Shown: positions 28,415 to 38,615 of the stretch, piece after piece | Layout: each line of letters opens with the position of its first letter | Numbering within the stretch: the first letter of the stretch is position 1 | From: Terriglobia bacterium | Lineage (GTDB): Bacteria > Acidobacteriota > Terriglobia > Acidiferrales > UBA7541 | Length of the DNA stretch: 64,000 nt | NCBI GenBank assembly: GCA_020073705.1 | Contig: JAIQES010000010.1 | Coordinates: 20,166-84,165 of the forward strand | Direction of reading: 5' to 3' | Notes under the pieces: generated by a model | What the model saw: only the letters and a program-made list of their open reading frames with translations | Databases searched by the model: none | Told to the model about the DNA's origin: nothing | Translations under genes and position numbers: made by a program

Positions 28415-29059
28415 GTGGACGAAATGCTTCTTGCACTTGCCGCACTACTGATTCAACCCCAGCTTGCTGCACAAATGTCCTTCTCCGCAGAGAAGATCGC
28501 TCTCATTCAGCTTCAGCCGGCGAATCCTGTGTCGTCAAGCGACGCAGCTTTCAGCGAGACGTCCTTGCCGTTGGCGCCAGTTTCTACGGACATGTCAGTT
28601 CAGCCGGCCGCGGAGTTCGTTTCCGCTGATTTGCCAAACGCCCCTGAACCAACCCCGGTGAATCCTGCGCCGGCGACCGCTCTGCTGAAGCCCAGCAAAT
28701 CCATGATTGTTTCCGTTGGTGAGTTGCGCGCCGAAGAGCGCCGCAACCAGCGCCTCTGGATAGGACTCGCGATCGCCTCGCATAGTGCCGCCACGTTTGA
28801 CGCCTGGGCCACGCGCCACGCCATCACGACGGCGGGCGGCCAGGAATTGAATCCGATGCTCAGACCCTTTGCGGGCAACGCTTCTCTTTACGCGGCGATC
28901 CAGGTTGGTCCGGCGCTGATGGATTTCGTCGGCAAGAAGATGATGTACAGCAGGCATAGCTGGATGCGGCGCATGTGGTGGGTCCCGCAGACTGCAAGCT
29001 TCGCGAGTTCGCTGTTCTGTGGCGCGCACAACCTCGGCGTACACCCGCCTTCGAATTAG
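28415..29059 (+). CDS. hypothetical protein
   Basis: 214 aa with an N-terminal hydrophobic segment, a Pro/Ala-rich linker and a C-terminal hydrophobic region. No family was recognised. Confidence 0.4.
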   Translation: MDEMLLALAALLIQPQLAAQMSFSAEKIALIQLQPANPVSSSDAAFSETSLPLAPVSTDMSVQPAAEFVSADLPNAPEPTPVNPAPATALLKPSKSMIVSVGELRAEERRNQRLWIGLAIASHSAATFDAWATRHAITTAGGQELNPMLRPFAGNASLYAAIQVGPALMDFVGKKMMYSRHSWMRRMWWVPQTASFASSLFCGAHNLGVHPPSN

Positions 29060-29356
29060 CCGCGCAAACCGTACCAGCCGAACGCAACAGTTTCTTCCCT
29101 CTAAAAGAAGCGTGGCGGGCCTGCTCCCCCGCCACGCTTCTCCCGTCAAAAAGAGGCTATTGCAACCAATGCTTGAAACGATGGAATAGCCGACGTATGC
29201 TTCCGGGCGAAAAGGGAAGGTTAAATCGGAAATTCCAAGTTTCAGCAACATTCTAGTGCAGTGTCAAGCAGGAGGCCGTGATGGACCGCGAGACCCTGCC
29301 GAAGGTGTAGATGCCGATTAACAACTCGCCAAAACATCATCGGGAGGCGAATAGAT

Positions 29357-30646
29357 ATGGATACCAAGCAACGTAGTCGCAGACATTTTCTGAGGGACGG
29401 CGCCGCATTGGCCGGTATGGCCGTGGCCGGGGTACGGCTTGCGAAAGGGCAGGCGCAGGCCGAGAAATCCGCTGCCAGTGTCGCGGGAAGCGACAACGGA
29501 GAGGCGACCGCTCCCTTTCGGCTCTTCGGCCCGGAGGCTCCCCTCTACGGGACGCCCTCTGAGAACCTACAGCGAATGCCCACGATCGAGTATCCCTTCG
29601 CAACACGCACTCCGCAGCAAGACCTGCATGGGATTATCACCCCTTCCGGATTACATTTCGTGGTTAACCACGGCAGCCCCACCCCGGACATCAACCTGCT
29701 GGAGCATCGCTTTCTGATCCATGGCATGGTGGACCGTCCGCTGCTGTTTACCGTCGCAGAGCTGAAGCGGCTGCCTTCGGTAAGCCGAGTCCATTTTCTC
29801 GCCTGCGCCGGCAATAGCTATGTAGACACCTTTGCCAGGAAGAACCTGCCGCAATCAGTTCAGGAAACGCACGGAGCGACCAGTTGCAGCGAATGGACCG
29901 GGGTCCCGCTGTCCGTGCTGCTCCAGGAGGCCGGGGTGCAAAAAGGGGCAAGCTGGCTGTTGTGCGAAGGCGCGGACTTGAAAAAGCACTCGATCAGTAT
30001 CCCGCTGACAAAGGCTATGGACGACGCGATGGTGGCTTACGTCCAAAATGGCGAGGCAGTGCGCCGCGAGAACGGCTATCCCTTGCGGTTGCTGGTCCCG
30101 GGCTTTGAGGGAACCCGCAACGTGAAGTGGCTAAGGCGGATCAAGGTGGTGGACCGGCCCTACATGACCAAATGGGAAACCGGCGTATACACCAACCTTC
30201 TGCCGAGCGGCAAAGCGCGCTGGTTCCAGTTCGAGATAGAGCCGAATTCGGTCATCACGCGTCCCTCCGCCGGATTGCACATGGCTGGCCGCGGTTTTTG
30301 CGAGATCACAGGTATCGCGTGGTCCGGCGGGGGCACCATCCGCAGGGTCGAAGTCTCCACCAACGGTGGCCGGACCTGGAAGGACGCCGAACTCCAGCAC
30401 CCGGTGCTTCCCAAGGCGCATACCCGTTTTCGCTTTCCCTGGAACTGGAACGGCGAAGAAACTGTGATCCAGTCCCGCTCCACGGATGAGTGGGGCCACG
30501 TTCAACCGACGCTGGCCGAGTTGACCAAAATCTGGGGCGTGACAATGGATTTTTGGCGTACAGACACAGCCAGAATCCAACATTTCAATGCCAGTCATCC
30601 CTGGACAATCAAACCGGATGGGAGCTTGCGCAATGAAATCTGGTAG
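29357..30646 (+). CDS. sulfite dehydrogenase / sulfite-oxidase-family molybdopterin subunit (SorA/SoxC-like), Tat-exported
   Basis: 429 aa with Tat signal SRRHFLRDGAALAGMAVAG. It has an oxidoreductase molybdopterin-binding domain containing a conserved Cys (FLACAGNS) and a C-terminal Mo-co dimerisation domain. Confidence 0.8.
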   Translation: MDTKQRSRRHFLRDGAALAGMAVAGVRLAKGQAQAEKSAASVAGSDNGEATAPFRLFGPEAPLYGTPSENLQRMPTIEYPFATRTPQQDLHGIITPSGLHFVVNHGSPTPDINLLEHRFLIHGMVDRPLLFTVAELKRLPSVSRVHFLACAGNSYVDTFARKNLPQSVQETHGATSCSEWTGVPLSVLLQEAGVQKGASWLLCEGADLKKHSISIPLTKAMDDAMVAYVQNGEAVRRENGYPLRLLVPGFEGTRNVKWLRRIKVVDRPYMTKWETGVYTNLLPSGKARWFQFEIEPNSVITRPSAGLHMAGRGFCEITGIAWSGGGTIRRVEVSTNGGRTWKDAELQHPVLPKAHTRFRFPWNWNGEETVIQSRSTDEWGHVQPTLAELTKIWGVTMDFWRTDTARIQHFNASHPWTIKPDGSLRNEIW

Positions 30647-31232
30647 CGTTTTCCTTCTAGTGATGGCCTTACTGGTTCCGCTCAGCAGCGCGGTCCGGGC
30701 GCAGGGGCCTGCCTATCAACTGGGCAGGACCCCGACGCCGGAAGAAATCAAGGCCTGGGACATCGCCATTGGTCCAGAGGGAAAGGAACTCCCGCCTGGA
30801 CGCGGTACCGTCCAGGAAGGCGAGAAGATCTATGCGCAGACTTGCGCCAAGTGCCATGGGCCGACCGGGACTGAAGCCAAGTTTCTCCACGGTCCTTTGG
30901 TGGGAGGCTTGGGGTCACTCACCACGCTCCAACCTTTGAAGACCGTCGGGAGTTACTATCCGTACGCGACGACGATATGGGACTACGTCAATCGCTCGAT
31001 GCCTCTCGATCAAGTGTCCTCTCTCAATCCGGACGGGGTGTACTCTGTGGTGGCCTTCCTTTTCTATCGGAACGGCATCATCAAGGAGAGCGACACCTTG
31101 GACGCCACGAGCCTGCCGAAGATCGAAATGCCGAATCGAAATGGATTCTTCCCTGCCCGGCCAGAGTGGAAGCCCGGATACTGGCAGCCCTATTTCACAC
31201 CCCAGCCGATCCCCCGGGTGAAGAAGCCATAG
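30633..31232 (+). CDS. monoheme cytochrome c subunit (SorB/SoxD-like)
   Basis: Start at MKSGSVFLLVMALLVPLSSAVRAQG (ATG 30633, overlapping the end of the upstream gene). Single CAKCHG heme motif. Confidence 0.75.
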   Translation: MKSGSVFLLVMALLVPLSSAVRAQGPAYQLGRTPTPEEIKAWDIAIGPEGKELPPGRGTVQEGEKIYAQTCAKCHGPTGTEAKFLHGPLVGGLGSLTTLQPLKTVGSYYPYATTIWDYVNRSMPLDQVSSLNPDGVYSVVAFLFYRNGIIKESDTLDATSLPKIEMPNRNGFFPARPEWKPGYWQPYFTPQPIPRVKKP

Positions 31233-31349
31233 TGTCCTGCGCAGGAAATTCATTTTCAGAGGTCTGCCAACCATGACCGTGGGTGCCGGTCTGCTCAACG
31301 GCGAAGACGTATTCCTCTCTAACAGTTTGTTGAAAAACTCTTGCGGTTC

Positions 31350-31434
31350 GTCATTCCGAGGAGCGAAGCGACGAGAAATCTCTCTTTTTCTTGGCTTTTG
31401 TCTAAGAGAGATTCCTCGCTTCGCTCGGAATGAC
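31350..31434. repeat. long imperfect inverted repeat (REP-like palindromic element)
   Basis: Left arm GTCATTCCGAGGAGCGAAGCGACGAGAAATCTCTC (31350..31384) and right arm GAGAGATTCCTCGCTTCGCTCGGAATGAC (31406..31434). It is intergenic. The ORFs across it are artefacts. Confidence 0.7.
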
Positions 31435-31649
31435 ACCTAACCCACTTTTCCCGCGGCCTGTCTAGCCGCGACATTGGCAGGTCTGCGAGATAGGGGCGGT
31501 TCTTAGCCCTGAGGTCCCGGCGTTGCGGCATTCTCCAGGCTGCTGTAGTATCGGCGCCAGCGGAGGGACTTCTCATCGCCACCGCGGAAACGGTCGCCGG
31601 GCCTGCTTCGAGCGTAACAGCGGCTGCGAATACAGCGCGAGCCGGGCGC

Positions 31650-32792
31650 ATGGTTTCGCTCGATGTGTTTCGCGGCATCACCATCGCCGCGATGATCCTA
31701 GTGAACGATCCTGGATCCTGGAGTCACATCTACGCGCCGCTCAAGCACGCAGAGTGGAACGGCTGGACCCCGACCGACCTCATCTTTCCGTTTTTCTTGT
31801 TCATCGTTGGCGTTTCCATGACGCTTTCATTCGCGTCGCGTGCCGCGCATGGTCTAATGCGCACGTCGCTCGCGCTGCACGTTGTGCGGCGCAGCGCGCT
31901 GATTTTCGCGATAGGGCTGTTTCTGAACGGCTTCCCGTATTTTGATCTGCACACCATCCGCATTATGGGCGTCCTGCAGCGCATCGCGCTGTGCTACCTC
32001 GCGGCGGGCTTGTTGTATCTGGCGACTTGCCGGCAGGACAGCGCCGCGGACGGCAAGGTTTGCGTGCGCGGCAAGATTGGCGTGACCGCAGCCGTTGTGG
32101 TGGTTCTGCTGGTGGGTTACTGGGCGCTGATGACGTTCGTGCCTGTGTCCGGCTACGGCGCGGGCCATCTCGGCAAGGACGATAATCTCGGCGCGTACAT
32201 TGATCGCGCGCTGATGGGCGGCCACTTGTGGTCGGAGTCGAAAACTTGGGACCCCGAGGGCCTTTTTTCAACGTTCCCCGCTATAGCGACCACACTTATC
32301 GGGGTTCTCGCCGGAGAATGGCTGCGTTCTGAACGCCAGAGCGCGCGCAAAGCCCTCGGTCTGGCGATCGCCGGCGCCGCATTGATGCTGGTGGGACAGT
32401 TGCTCCATCCCTATTTCCCGATCAACAAGAATTTGTGGACCAGCACCTATGTGCTGTTTACGAGCGGTTTCGCTATGCTGCTCCTTACGCTGTGCTATGG
32501 GGTCGTGGATTTGCGTGGCTGGTGGAAGTGGGCGGCGCCGTTTCTCGTGTTCGGCAGGAACGCGATCTTGGCCTACGCGCTCGCGACGATTGTCGCGGAG
32601 ATCAGCATCGACTTTCAGTTTCGAGTCTCCGGTGGCCGCCTGCGAACGTTGCATGGCTGGTTCTATGACAAGTATTTTGTTCCGCACGCGAGTCCGGCGA
32701 ATGCCTCGCTCGCCTTCGCCGTGTTCTTTGTCGCGCTGATTTTATTGCTTCTCTGGCCGCTCTACCGCAAGAAGGTTTTTGTACGCATCTGA
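31650..32792 (+). CDS. heparan-alpha-glucosaminide N-acetyltransferase-like membrane acyltransferase (DUF1624/DUF5009 type)
   Basis: 380 aa: [54 protein letters not shown], polytopic. Confidence 0.7.
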   Translation: MVSLDVFRGITIAAMILVNDPGSWSHIYAPLKHAEWNGWTPTDLIFPFFLFIVGVSMTLSFASRAAHGLMRTSLALHVVRRSALIFAIGLFLNGFPYFDLHTIRIMGVLQRIALCYLAAGLLYLATCRQDSAADGKVCVRGKIGVTAAVVVVLLVGYWALMTFVPVSGYGAGHLGKDDNLGAYIDRALMGGHLWSESKTWDPEGLFSTFPAIATTLIGVLAGEWLRSERQSARKALGLAIAGAALMLVGQLLHPYFPINKNLWTSTYVLFTSGFAMLLLTLCYGVVDLRGWWKWAAPFLVFGRNAILAYALATIVAEISIDFQFRVSGGRLRTLHGWFYDKYFVPHASPANASLAFAVFFVALILLLLWPLYRKKVFVRI

Positions 32793-33058
32793 TTCGAGAA
32801 ATGTGGGAGGATTGAGACATAAACTTTACGGCCGCCTTTTCCGCCAATGTTGTGATCTACTCAGCCATGGCGTGCGTCTTCTGCCGGTGTTTGAAATGGC
32901 AAGGGCCCCGAGGGTGAAGTTATTGATTTTCCGGCATTTGAATCGGCCTTTCTTTTTAACCTAGCCGTAACATTGGCTCCCGCCCGATCCATGTAATGTA
33001 AGATGATGAGGTTACTGTTCCGAAGGCGGCGGGCGAAGATTAGAATGAAAGATAAGAA

Positions 33059-33769
33059 ATGAAACGCATCCTGTTAATTGAAGACGACCGCGATATTGTC
33101 GAGTTGGTCCGCTACAATCTCGAACGCGAAGGGTTTCAGGTTTCGGCGGTGACCGATGGGGCCACGGGCTTGGCGCAGGTGCGGAAAACGCCACCGGATA
33201 TTCTGCTGCTCGACCTCATGCTCCCGAAACTTCCCGGTCTCGAGATCTGCAAGGAGATCCGGCGCGACCAGGCGCTCAATCGCCTGCCGATCCTGATGCT
33301 GACCGCGCGCGGCGAGGAAGCCGACCGCGTCGTGGGACTCGAAATGGGTGCGGACGACTACGTCACCAAGCCATTCAGCCCGCGCGAACTGGTGGCGCGC
33401 GTGAAAGCGTTGCTGCGGCGCACGGAGCCGCCGGGAGAGATGCCGCGCGTGGTCAAGACGCGCGGCCTGATGATCGATCCGTCGTCGTACCGCGTGACGC
33501 ACGACAACAAGCCGGTGACTCTCTCGACGCTCGAGTTCCGTCTGTTGTATTACCTGGCGACACGCCCGAATCGCGTGTTCACGCGCGATCAATTGCTCGA
33601 CGCAGTGTGGGGCACCGAGCGTTTCGTGACGCCGCGCAGCGTGGACGTCTACATCCGCCGGCTTCGCGAAAAAGTCGAAACCGATGCCGATCATCCTGCC
33701 TTTCTGAGAACCGTGCGTGGTGCGGGCTACATGTTCGAAAGCGCCGCGCAATCTGAACAACAGGAATGA
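33059..33769 (+). CDS. phoB: phosphate regulon response regulator (OmpR family)
   Basis: 236 aa. REC domain (ILLIEDD...DILLLDLMLP) plus a winged-helix domain (LSTLEFRLLYYLATRP...VDVYIRRLREK). It lies adjacent to phoR and pst. Confidence 0.85.
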   Translation: MKRILLIEDDRDIVELVRYNLEREGFQVSAVTDGATGLAQVRKTPPDILLLDLMLPKLPGLEICKEIRRDQALNRLPILMLTARGEEADRVVGLEMGADDYVTKPFSPRELVARVKALLRRTEPPGEMPRVVKTRGLMIDPSSYRVTHDNKPVTLSTLEFRLLYYLATRPNRVFTRDQLLDAVWGTERFVTPRSVDVYIRRLREKVETDADHPAFLRTVRGAGYMFESAAQSEQQE

Positions 33770-33776
33770 GTCCTCC

Positions 33777-35531
33777 GTGCGCGTAAGCCTATTCTGGCGG
33801 CTGGGCCTGACCTACATGGCGCTGGTGTTGGCCGTGTTGGTTTGCGTGGACTGGTTCGCGGCGCGGCTGTTGCGCGCCGACGCGCTCCGCGACGCATTCA
33901 ACCAAATCGAGGCGCTGGGCCACATCGCTCGGGCGCGCCCCCCGCACCTGGAGGATGCGGAATCACTACGCGTTTGGCTGAAGGAGATGTCATCAAGCGG
34001 CGCGCGCGTAACCATCATCGCCTCCGATGGACGCGTGCTGGCCGAATCCGCGCGCGACCCCAACACGATGGAGAATCACGCTGGGCGGCCGGAGATCCGC
34101 GAGGCGTTCGCGTCCAGCGCGGGCGAGGGCCGCGCCGTGCGGCACAGCGCGACGCTTGATCGCGACCTGGTGTACTACGCCCTGCGCCACAACACGGCTG
34201 CGGCGCAGGTGGTGCTGCGGTTCGCTCTTCCACTCGCTCCCATCGACGCAGCGCTGGCGAAAGTGCGCCGGCAATTGTGGCTTACCTCCATGGGGATTCT
34301 GCTCGTGGCCGTTGCGGTCTCCATCTTTTTTTCGCGCTGGCTTTCCTCACGCGTCCGGCAGCTTAAGGAGTTTGCCAGCCGGGCCGCAGCCGGCGATTTC
34401 ACTCCACTTGAGCGCGACGGCGGCCATGACGAATTGGCGGAACTCGCGGACGCGTTGGACGGCACCGTCGCGCAGCTCGGCCAGACGATTCGCACGCTAA
34501 CCGACGAGCGCAACCGCTCGGCGGCAATCCTCGGCAGCATGGTGGAGGGCGTAGCTGTGGTTGGCGGTGACGAGCGGATTCTCTACTGCAACCGCGCGTT
34601 CGAACAGATCCTCGAGCTGCGGGAAGGGATCTCACAGGGAAAGAAACTGGTGGAAGCGCTGCGGCAGGCCGAGTTGGTGTCCGCGGTGAGGCAGGTTCTG
34701 ACGGGGGGCAAGGAGGTTACCGGCGAGGTGGAAGTCGGCACCATCCGCCCGCGCAACTTCAGCGTGACCGCGGCGCCGGTGCAGGCCGACGGGACAAGCA
34801 GCGCCGTGCTCGTGCTCCACGACATCACGGAGCTGCGGCGTCTCGAACGCGTGCGCCGCGATTTCGTAGCCAACGTCTCGCACGAGTTCAAGACGCCGCT
34901 GACTGCAATTCAGGGATTTGCCGAAACGCTGCTCGGTGGCGCGCTCGACGACAAGGCCAACCGAAGGCGGTTCGTGGAAATTATCCGGGAGCACGCGCGG
35001 CGGCTGGCGCGGCTCACCGATGATCTGCTGAAGCTTTCGCGGATTGAGGCCGGGCAGCTCGAACTCGAGTTGCGGCCGGTCAGTGTATCGGCGTTGGTGA
35101 ACGGCTGCGTCGAGACCTCGCGCCTCAAAGCGGAGCAAAAAGGACTTCGCATCAATGTTGAATTGCCGGAGGGACTCCCGCCGGTGCGCGGCGACGCCGC
35201 GCAATTGGGCGAAGTTCTGCAGAACCTGCTCGACAATGCGTTGCAGTACACGCCGCCGGGCGGACAAATCGATGTGACAGCCCATGCGAACGGCCACGAG
35301 GTCATCTTCACGGTCGCCGACACCGGCATCGGGATTCCGGAGTCCGACCTTGTGCGCATTTTCGAACGGTTTTACCGCGTGGATGCGGCCAGATCTCGTG
35401 AGGTGGGCGGTACAGGACTTGGGCTATCGATCGCGCGGCATATCGTCGATGCGCACGGTGGGCGCATCTGGGTGGAGAGCGCCATAGGGCAGGGTTCGCG
35501 GTTTCATTTCAGCATTGCTTCCGCTTCGTAG
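33777..35531 (+). CDS. phoR: phosphate regulon sensor histidine kinase
   Basis: GTG at 33777, 8 nt after the phoB stop. TM, HAMP and PAS domains are followed by the H-box VSHEFKTPLTAIQGF and HATPase motifs (DTGIGI, GTGLGLSI). Confidence 0.85.
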   Translation: MRVSLFWRLGLTYMALVLAVLVCVDWFAARLLRADALRDAFNQIEALGHIARARPPHLEDAESLRVWLKEMSSSGARVTIIASDGRVLAESARDPNTMENHAGRPEIREAFASSAGEGRAVRHSATLDRDLVYYALRHNTAAAQVVLRFALPLAPIDAALAKVRRQLWLTSMGILLVAVAVSIFFSRWLSSRVRQLKEFASRAAAGDFTPLERDGGHDELAELADALDGTVAQLGQTIRTLTDERNRSAAILGSMVEGVAVVGGDERILYCNRAFEQILELREGISQGKKLVEALRQAELVSAVRQVLTGGKEVTGEVEVGTIRPRNFSVTAAPVQADGTSSAVLVLHDITELRRLERVRRDFVANVSHEFKTPLTAIQGFAETLLGGALDDKANRRRFVEIIREHARRLARLTDDLLKLSRIEAGQLELELRPVSVSALVNGCVETSRLKAEQKGLRINVELPEGLPPVRGDAAQLGEVLQNLLDNALQYTPPGGQIDVTAHANGHEVIFTVADTGIGIPESDLVRIFERFYRVDAARSREVGGTGLGLSIARHIVDAHGGRIWVESAIGQGSRFHFSIASAS

Positions 35532-35621
35532 CAGCTTTGCAGGAAATTCACCTCGGTTTCATCCTTCTTTCACACTTTCCAGGTAGCCTCGTTTTACCGG
35601 GCGGTTCCGGGCGAAGGCAGA

Positions 35622-36347
35622 GTGATGGCGACCCCAGTTAGGAACACACAAACGATCTATGAAGATGTTCTCACAAACTACTTGATCTCGATGGCCCGCA
35701 CGGTCGAGAGCAGCGTGGTGTGCGCCCTTGATGCTTTATTGTGCCCCAACCTGGAACGGGCTGGGGCGCTGTCGAGCCAAGTATTTTTGGTCGAGCCGCG
35801 CGTCAACGAGATGGAAATGATGATCGACGATCATGCCGTGCGGATGCTGCGCACCGGTCTGCTCGACGACGAAGAAATCCGGCGCGTGGTGGCGTCGCAG
35901 AAGATTGCCAACGATCTGGAGCGGGTCGGGGACCTTGCGGTCAATATCTCCGAACGCGTGCTTTCGCTGGCGGAAATGAATGTGGCGGTGACGCCGCCGG
36001 AACTGGAATCCATGAGCGGCGCCGTGCGCGGGATGCTTGGCCGCAGCCTCGGCGCGCTAATCTTCCGCAATGTTGTCTTGGCCAGCGAGGTGCTGGAATC
36101 AGACGACGTGGTGGATTGCTATCGCGACCAGATTTTTGAGCACCTTCTCGCGGGAATGATCCAGGAGCCATCGCGGGCGGCGCCGCACATGCAGTTCGTG
36201 CTGGCGACGCGGTATCTCGAGCGCATTGCGGACCACGCCACCAACATCGCGGAAGACATCATTTTCTGGGTGCGTGGTTTGGATGTGCGGCACGGACGCG
36301 CGCGAATCAACGTGGAAGAGAGGAACTATCCGGAAAAGAAATCTTGA
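35622..36347 (+). CDS. PhoU-family protein (divergent paralog)
   Basis: 241 aa with two PhoU repeats (ANDLERVGDLAVNISE and RYLERIADHATNIAEDIIF). Confidence 0.8.
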   Translation: MMATPVRNTQTIYEDVLTNYLISMARTVESSVVCALDALLCPNLERAGALSSQVFLVEPRVNEMEMMIDDHAVRMLRTGLLDDEEIRRVVASQKIANDLERVGDLAVNISERVLSLAEMNVAVTPPELESMSGAVRGMLGRSLGALIFRNVVLASEVLESDDVVDCYRDQIFEHLLAGMIQEPSRAAPHMQFVLATRYLERIADHATNIAEDIIFWVRGLDVRHGRARINVEERNYPEKKS

Positions 36348-36507
36348 ACTGCGCTTGAAATTCCACGTGCACAACAACGACCTTCATGTTGCACCCCCAC
36401 CCCGGGCCGGCGTTCCCCTGGCGTCGGCCCGACCTCCTTTTCACTGTAACTCACACAACATAAATAAGTTGCTGCGGTATTGCGGTTTTATGGCGGTCTC
36501 ACCGTCT

Positions 36508-36525
36508 TGTAACATGGCTGTAACA
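36508..36525 (+). promoter_or_regulatory. candidate Pho box upstream of pstS
   Basis: Direct repeats TGTAACA (36508..36514) and TGTAACA (36519..36525) have an 11-bp periodicity, about 40 nt upstream of the pstS ATG. An additional CTGTAAC lies at 36444..36450. Confidence 0.55.
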
Positions 36526-36564
36526 TTCAAGAGTCAGAATTCAACTCGACTTCTAGGAGACAAA

Positions 36565-37590
36565 ATGCGAATCGTTAAGATCCTCAGTGTGATGGCAGTT
36601 CTATTGGCGCTTGGAACGATTGCGGTAGCGCAAGGCGGACAAGTTCTGTTGAACGCCGCCGGCGCAACATTCCCCTATCCGATATATTCGAAGTGGTTCG
36701 ATCAATATCACAAGCTTCATTCAAATATTCAAATCAACTACCAATCCATCGGTTCAGGCGGCGGCATTCGACAATTGCTCGACAAAACCGTGGATTTCGG
36801 CGCCTCTGACGGGCCGATGACGGATGAGCAACTGAAGCAAGCCAGTTTCCCGGTTTTGCATTTCCCTACTGTGCTCGGGGCAGACGTGCCGAGCTATAAT
36901 ATTCCCGGTGTAAGTGCGGAATTGAAGTTCACGCCGGAAGCGCTGGCGGGAATTTTCCTGGGCAAGATCACGAAGTGGAACGATCCCGCAATCGCGTCGG
37001 CGAACTCGGGAGTGAAGTTGCCCGGCGATGACATCGTCGTCGTTCATCGCTCTGACGGCAGCGGTACAACGTACATCTGGACCGATTATCTTTCGAAGAT
37101 CAGCCCGGAGTGGCAGCAGAAGGTCGGCAAAGCAACATCGGTGAACTGGCCTGTGGGTCTGGGCGGCAAGGGCAACGAAGGCGTGGCCGCGCTGATTCAG
37201 CAGATGCCGGGTGCGATCGGATACGTCGAGTTGATTTACGCCATCCAGAACAAAATCGCGTACGGCCATGTGAAGAATCAGGCTGGCGCATTCGTGAAGG
37301 CGGATCTGGCGAGCGTTTCGGCGGCGGCTGAAGCTGCGTCGCAGTCCATGCCCGGCGACTTCCGCGTTTCCATCACCAATCCCGAAGGGAAGGCGGCTTA
37401 TCCCATCGCGAGCTTTACCTGGCTGCTGATCCCGGCGAAGTTCACCGATGCCACTAAGCGCGATGTCGTAAAGGACTTCCTGAAGTGGATGATGACGGAC
37501 GGGCAGCAGTACTGCGAAGCCTTGGCCTACGCGAAGCTGCCGAAGGAAGTTGTCGCCAAGGAGATGAAGGCAATCGCGAAGATCGAGTAA
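36565..37590 (+). CDS. pstS: phosphate ABC transporter substrate-binding protein
   Basis: ATG 36565 with an AGGAGA RBS. Signal peptide MRIVKILSVMAVLLALGTIAVAQG, then GATFPYPIYSKWF and YQSIGSGGG motifs. The upstream part of the track ORF is non-coding. Confidence 0.9.
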   Translation: MRIVKILSVMAVLLALGTIAVAQGGQVLLNAAGATFPYPIYSKWFDQYHKLHSNIQINYQSIGSGGGIRQLLDKTVDFGASDGPMTDEQLKQASFPVLHFPTVLGADVPSYNIPGVSAELKFTPEALAGIFLGKITKWNDPAIASANSGVKLPGDDIVVVHRSDGSGTTYIWTDYLSKISPEWQQKVGKATSVNWPVGLGGKGNEGVAALIQQMPGAIGYVELIYAIQNKIAYGHVKNQAGAFVKADLASVSAAAEAASQSMPGDFRVSITNPEGKAAYPIASFTWLLIPAKFTDATKRDVVKDFLKWMMTDGQQYCEALAYAKLPKEVVAKEMKAIAKIE

Positions 37591-37625
37591 CTTTTCAATA
37601 GCCCACAATCGGGCCTTTTAGATAG

Positions 37626-38615
37626 ATGGCCAGCACACCGAATGCAGCAATGCCTGCAGGGCTCGCTTGGAGTCCGCGGGCATTGCTGCGCCGTTTGCGA
37701 GGCGCCGACGAGATCGCACATCTGATCACGCTGATCGCGGCGGCAATCCTCCTGCTGATCACCGCACTGCTGGTATATCAACTCTGGATCCACTCGGCGG
37801 AGGCGCGGCACAGGTTTGGCTGGAATTTTTTCGTTACACGCACATGGGACCCGGTCGCCGGTGAGTTTGGCGCGCTGCCTTTCATATACGGCACATTGGT
37901 GACTTCGGCAGTGGCGCTGTTGCTGGCGGTTCCCCTCGGCGTTGGCGGAGCCATCTTTCTGGCCGAGCTTGCGCCACCCAAACTCTCCTCTTCGCTCACT
38001 TTCGTAAGTGACTTGCTCGCGGCGGTCCCCAGCGTGATTTACGGATTGCTGGGCGTTTTTCTGCTGGTGCCGTTGATGCGGACGACCGTCCAGCCGGCGT
38101 TGAAGAAGACGCTGGGATTTTTGCCGCTGTTTCAGGGGCCCGCATACGGCATCGGTTTCCTGACGGCGGGTATCGTCCTGGCGGTGATGATTGTGCCATT
38201 TGTCCTCTCGGTGTCCCGCGAAGTTCTGCTGGCCGTGCCGCGAGATCAGCGCGAAGCCGCGCTGGCGCTCGGCGCGACCAAGTGGGAATCCACTTGGCTC
38301 GTGGTAGTGCCTGCGGGGCGCATCGGCATCTTCGGCTCGGTGTTCCTGGCGTTGGCTCGGGCGCTGGGCGAAACGATGGCCGTGACAATGGTGGTGGGCA
38401 ATAATCCGAAAATCGCCGCGTCTTTGTTTTCGCCCGGCTATTCGATTGCGGCAGTGCTGGCCAATGAATTTTCAGAAGCCACCGGCAACCTGTATCTGAG
38501 CGCTCTGATCGAGCTGGCGCTGGTGCTGTTTCTGCTGACATTCGTCCTCAATGGCCTGGCGCGGCTTCTGATTCTGATCACCACGGCGCGTGGCAGCGGG
38601 GTATTGCCGACATGA
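37626..38615 (+). CDS. pstC: phosphate ABC transporter permease PstC
   Basis: 329 aa, polytopic, with the EAALALGATKWE permease EAA loop. Confidence 0.9.
   Translation: MASTPNAAMPAGLAWSPRALLRRLRGADEIAHLITLIAAAILLLITALLVYQLWIHSAEARHRFGWNFFVTRTWDPVAGEFGALPFIYGTLVTSAVALLLAVPLGVGGAIFLAELAPPKLSSSLTFVSDLLAAVPSVIYGLLGVFLLVPLMRTTVQPALKKTLGFLPLFQGPAYGIGFLTAGIVLAVMIVPFVLSVSREVLLAVPRDQREAALALGATKWESTWLVVVPAGRIGIFGSVFLALARALGETMAVTMVVGNNPKIAASLFSPGYSIAAVLANEFSEATGNLYLSALIELALVLFLLTFVLNGLARLLILITTARGSGVLPT

Noticed and set aside
30915-31684. Minus-strand ORFs 30915..31436 and 31319..31684 as genes.
   Set aside because: Both are built around the palindromic repeat (peptides like HSERSEESL / SFRAKRGISL). 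One is antisense to the sorB-like cytochrome gene, and the other extends about 35 nt into the start of the acyltransferase gene.
32960-33020. Pho box upstream of phoB.
   Set aside because: GTAAC-type heptamers are present (CGTAACA, TGTAATG, inverted GTTAC) but not in 11-bp phased direct repeats. The evidence is too weak to list as a feature.
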